DNA of 26,326 nt, taken from positions 1 through 26,326 of the forward strand of contig NIVC01005099.1 of the NCBI GenBank assembly GCA_002269645.1. The letters run 5' to 3'. Each line of letters starts with the position of its first letter. Within the stretch, counting starts at the first letter, position 1. Below, piece by piece: positions 21,567 through 26,326 of the stretch. The position numbers and the translations under genes are program-made. The notes below the pieces were generated by a model. The model was not told the DNA's origin. It saw only the letters and a list, made by a program, of their open reading frames with translations, and did no database searches. Source of the DNA: Macrostomum lignano (Eukaryota).

Positions 21567-22232
21567 AGCTTTGGCTTGGTTGTTGTGAGAAGTTGAAAAA
21601 TTAATAATTTGTTGCAACAATATTTTATTTGAGCTTTTAAGTTCTTTACGATTGTCTGAACTGTTATCTGTGCTTCTTTATGCGGCTATTTTACCCACTA
21701 TCGAAAATGTATTTTTAACGCTTTTAATTACGGATAGGGAGATAGCATAACAGATCTTTGTTTCTAACTTTCTTTTTTAAGCTCTGTCTAATTTCACCCT
21801 CCTTTATTTAGAAGATTAAGCATGTCTCTTGAGAGAGCTATTGGTATAAATCACTAGGGCTGATGGTGTTTTTGGTCATGAGAAGTCTCGTATTTCAGTC
21901 GCGTTGTGTTTTGAAGCAGTAACATTTTTGTAGTGGAAGATTTTCATTTGAATAACTATTTATTTACATATCATTATCAATGCCTTAGATTTTTAATAAA
22001 GGACAAAGCTTTATCATTGCTATTGACAGCTCTTGACAAGCTGTAAACCCAATATCTGCATGCGCTTTAATACGTTTTGATTACGCTTTAATACGAAGTG
22101 GAGTTAAAAGTACTTCTGTAAGCTTAATCAGAGCGCAGGAAGCTCGGCCCATCCTTTTGTTCCACGTGGCTCCTGTGCTCGGGCTGGGGGGTTTTAGACG
22201 CTGGCGGATCTGGTCTGATCCGATCTTTATCT

Positions 22233-23223
22233 TTGTTGCGCAACAGATTTTTCTTTTGTTGTCCCTCTATTGTTATCAATGATTGCCCCTAGTTTTCTCG
22301 CTTTTTGCTTTAATTTGTTGTCCACTGACACTGTCTATTAGACTCCCCGATTTGTGTTACTAGCAATTTGAATGCGCCAATCTAATATACGGCTCGTAAA
22401 TCCTCATATTTCGTCTCTTTCACCGCGTGCCCCAGGTGACAATTGTACTTTTAGAAACAGGCCAGTGACGTCAGAAGATCAGAGGCCAATCAGAGAGAGG
22501 GAGTCATTGCAATGATCTTAGAGAGAGTCGCGTGACCGACTTCGGGATTCTATTTAAGCTGGGGATTTTGCGAATCAACCGTCTGCCCTACTGACCCTAC
22601 TGAGGAGGAGGGCACCTGCATCAGCTTCTTCAAGCCCGCAGCATCAGCAGCCAGCTCTCCCTCTCTCTGTGGCGTCACCAGTGTGTCTGTAATCCTGTAT
22701 TTAACATGTTCTCTTTGCTCACATTGGGCCCTAACTCGCTTAGCTCTTTGCCAGATACAAGAGTCGGCTCTGATCGTCTTTATTCATTTTGTTACTCTGT
22801 GACCAATAAATTAAAAGAGCACATAAAAAGAATTATTTTAATCAATAACGCCATCAACTCTGTTTCACTATTGTACTGGCAATTTATTTGTTAATGGCTT
22901 GCTAAACCGTTTCGTGATGAAGCATGTGAAACCTGTTGGAGGCTGTGATCCAGTGACCAGTGTGAACCAGTGACCAGTGTGAACCAGTGACCAGTGTGAA
23001 CCAGTGACTAGTGTGAACCAGTGACCAGTGCGAACCAGTGACCAGTGTGAACCAGTGACCAGTGTGAACCAGTGACTGGCGGCGCAATTAGTGTGACAGT
23101 GAGCTCGCAGGTTATAGCATTGAAAGGCCAGAAGTGTCAAAAGCTCTGGACGTATGACTCTTTTTGCACTGAGCAGCTGGAAACGATGGAGTTCACGTTC
23201 CCCGTACTACTCTTAGTAGTCTA
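22233..23223. mobile_element. Copy 2 (inverted relative to copy 1) of the unclassified repeat; contains TGACGTCA, CCAAT and TATTTAA motifs and a 17-bp minisatellite, and ends in hairpin + CTAG
   Basis: Reverse-complement similarity to 5850-6875. 17-bp array at 22951-23077. ACTACT-ctt-AGTAGT at 23205-23219 is followed by CTAG at 23220-23223. Confidence 0.75.
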
Positions 23224-24756
23224 GCAGCCACAAGGTATAGGGCGTTCTCATCTCCACACAGTTCATCACACTCTCGTCGTGAATTGTTTATTATTTACTA
23301 ATTCTTGATCTATCAGGCATCACTTCTGCTTACACCCTCTGCCTGTCTTGGCGGAGTCAATAAAATGCAAAGATCACTGCTGAAAGATATTCGCTGAAAT
23401 CAGGAAGCACAGCGACACTTTATTGAAAGTTGCAGATATGATTTGCTGTAGGCAAGGTGCACTTAGCTGTAGGTTCCCATTTAAGACTGTAGCTTAGGAT
23501 GTAAACTACTAGAAATATTGAAACCCTGCTAGCTAGGCTGTCGACAGGATGGCGTTATATTTTTAATTTATCCTAGCAAACTCGAAAAGATAATTCTATT
23601 AGTGTTGAGGGTTTTTACTATTAAATGTCTGTCTTGAAGGTGACAAAATTGTCGAGAGCATGCACCGGTAGTGGAATAAACTGTAACCAGACATCTTTTC
23701 TTGATTATTAAAAGATACGAGTGTATTCGTTCGAAAAATGTCATATGGATCAACTACTTTCTTTTATTGTTATTCCAAAGCTCTGAGCAAATATATAATT
23801 CTTTGTTATGCGTTATGACTAACCATGAGCACAATATAAAATTGTTGGCACGTATTTTTCTAAGGGCTGCGCATGGCCAGTCTTAAATGTAATCAATATT
23901 GTTTAATTGAAAAATTGGGGTTACTGGGAGATAATTAGCTGATGAGCTATTCCAAGAAATAAATATAAAAAATTCAATATTGTTAAAAGGATAAACCATT
24001 CGGTAATTCGTACATAAAAATAAGTAAGAAGGCTTACCCGTATGAATAAAGGTTTGTTCTCCGACTTATTCAAAGAGTAAAAGACTGTATGTTCAGAAAT
24101 CAATCTGGAAAAAGACAGCTTTTGAAAGCCAGTAACTCAATATTATTGTCTAGTCACTACGTGGTTGCCTTAAGTGAAAAATCACTGAGGAAGAACCCTT
24201 ATTACCCCCAGTACAGCTTAGGCACACACCGTGGGATAGGTTAATAGTATACACGTATTCGAATACCACTGCAATGCACAAAGATAGATCGGATTTCGAG
24301 TTAAATTTGATATATATGCACCAAATTTGAGAACACTTCCTTCTGTTACTACCTAGATGTAGTGTTCGACCAGCGGTCTTCCTCAAATTTTGGCAGCGCA
24401 GTCAGAGCATCACTGCAATTCGCTTATAGTGCCAGTTGATTTTCAATAAGTCTCAACAAGTGGCATATGAGAGAAAATGAACTCTGTGCAGCTTTTAGAT
24501 TTGCTTGATTCAACCATCCTTAGGCCCTGATATTATATCTTGTATATAGTCGGATGCGAATTTCCCAAACTCATTGTAGTTCAGTGTATTTTATTGACAC
24601 AGAAATACATGTAATTGCTTCTGACATTCTGAGAATGTTTCTTCAGCAAATTCTGCTCAAACGAGATTCTATTGTCTGAGAATGTCTGAAAATTGTGATT
24701 AAATCAGACTTCAGTAAGGAAATGGTTTTTTAGTATCGGCTACTAACAGTAGCATT

Positions 24757-24830
24757 CTAGACTACTAAGAGTAATTTAACGGAACCTGAACTCCAAGTTA
24801 TCCAGATGTGAGCAGTGCTGAAGTACACAG
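24757..24830. repeat. Short third copy of the terminus of the same repeat family
   Basis: CTAGACTACTAAGAGTA...GGAACCTGAACTCCA...CCAG.TG matches the reverse complement of 23150-23223, and the match starts at the same CTAG. Confidence 0.7.
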
Positions 24831-26083
24831 TTTGGTCATTTGATCCAAGGCAATTCTCATCTTGCAGACTTGATATCAGGTAGTACCTGAAAAGTCGAAA
24901 AATTCCATCAAAGTTTCTTTCTTTAATTATTCCATTTTGATGCAAAAATGATACATGAGTTTCAGCGATTGTACGTCAAATATCAACGGTAAAATATGCG
25001 TTGGATCAAGCATGAGTAGGAGAGTGAAATAGGATAATCCACGAGTCCAATAGGTCACGGGAGACACAGAAACCTTAAATGTGATTAATGGCCTGTCAAA
25101 AAATGAGAAAAATTACTTTAGTCACGTGATTTTCCCAGTGCGCACGGGTCCGAATGCGAGCTTGGTCGGCTGATACCTCAAAAATGTGTGGTTATTTGTG
25201 ATCCGCAAATTAATAAGTGACACAAAAGGTAAGAAGAGAATATACATGTAGGAGAGAGGAAAGGATATGAGAAGACATGGCTGGAAAAAGAGAGTGCCAT
25301 TCCTACTGAAGGTAGAAAGTAAAGTGCAAAGGAGCGATCTCATGGAGGAAGAGAGCTTTAATGACGCTAAAGTGACGAAATGAAGCCAGTTCTAGCCTAC
25401 TCAGAATGCTTGGTTATTTCAGACTACTAGCAAAAGTAGTGATTAATGAATATTAGGAGAAAATGTACCGAAAACGAATGCAAAATATTTGATGCTTGAT
25501 TTTGATTTGACTTTGATTTGATTCAACTTTTTAAAGCTAAATATGCAAAGCTTCAGTTTGAAAGATTTCATTTTTGCAAGAGATTTATCTCACGTACTAC
25601 TACGCGATCATATATAAAAATTCCTGATTAAACCTCTGGAAGCTCCGTCCTTCTGTCCGGCTTTGAGGATGTACCCATCGGAAGATATCAGTATGATAGC
25701 TGATATCTTAGACAAATTATTTGCAAGTATAGCAGCTTAGCAAGGTGCTGATTTAGGAAGTTGAAAAGTCGCCTGCTTGGTCCTGACAAGCTAGGAGCTA
25801 TTCATAGCCGAAGAAGCAGGAATGAGTTTGCATCTCAGCAGAACTTCTTACGATGCAAAAAGCGTTCTCTTTCAAAAAAGTAAAATCACCAACCCCGAAA
25901 CTTTTTCTCCATCAAACCCGCAGCTTCGCGGAAGCCATCCTTTGTTGACTCGGCACACCACCACTGCGTGTGAGAGGAAGCGAGTTTGCCTTGCAAGACA
26001 AAGAAGATGGATTTCTAGAATTTGCGAACAGTCAGGAAACATCACTGCTTCCGCTAAATATGTTGCCTCGTTAGGAGGCTGTG

Positions 26084-26295
26084 AACATGAAAAAAAGCCT
26101 GTGTATTGTTCAAGCTACAATGCATCTCGCTTGCTTTTCTTTGACTCTAATGGTGATCGATCGTTGCCTCAAAGTCAGAACTCTGGCAACCCGCCGCAGA
26201 AGTGTGCAGCGTCAAGAAAAACAGGCGTCAAAATTATAGACAGGTTGCTGGAGCCAATGAGCAACAAAGCCAATCAGGATGCTTTCACTGATCTG
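26084..26295 (+). promoter_or_regulatory. Diverged duplicate of the paralog C upstream region
   Basis: Collinear shared blocks with 20255-20450: TGAACA.GAAAAA, TCGTTGC.TCAAAGT.AG, AGCGTCAAG..AAACA, GAGCCAATG, CCAATCAG and CACTGATC. Confidence 0.7.
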
Positions 26296-26326
26296 ATCAG
26301 TGAAGTATATCTGGGACAAAACAGAT

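Noticed and set aside
22910-22935. TGATGAAGCATGTGAAAC, and CTGATGAG...GAAA near 23939, as hammerhead ribozyme cores
   Set aside because: No stem II or flanking stems can be formed, and the first motif is not conserved in the homologous repeat copy.

Overview
This is repeat-rich eukaryotic (probably invertebrate animal) genomic DNA. The basis is GT-AG introns, signal-peptide genes, micro- and minisatellites and eukaryotic transposon types; the organism cannot be fixed from sequence alone. No rRNA, tRNA or CRISPR array is visible, and most long ORFs in the supplied track are read-throughs of tandem repeats. The left end carries the last exons of a + strand spliced gene for an unidentified alpha-helical protein. 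The main content is a cluster of intronless paralogs for a secreted protein (signal peptide + PAN/apple-like Cys region + LamG/concanavalin-A-like domain). Copy A (9518-10518, -) has a 1-bp frameshift. Copy B (-) is split by a 3.3-kb CCC-terminal, 2-bp-TSD DNA transposon and truncated by fusion to an Ingi/I-group LINE. Fragment D (~20110-20251, -) is degraded, and copy C (20553-21566, +) is intact. A duplicate of C's upstream region at the window end suggests a further copy just outside. A and C are almost nucleotide-identical in a central tract but only about one-third identical at protein level in the C-terminal LamG part, which suggests a gene-conversion-homogenised core with a diversified recognition domain. 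Other elements are a mariner remnant, a hAT-type MITE with an 8-bp TSD, an inverted pair of an unclassified ~1-kb repeat, and several hairpins.
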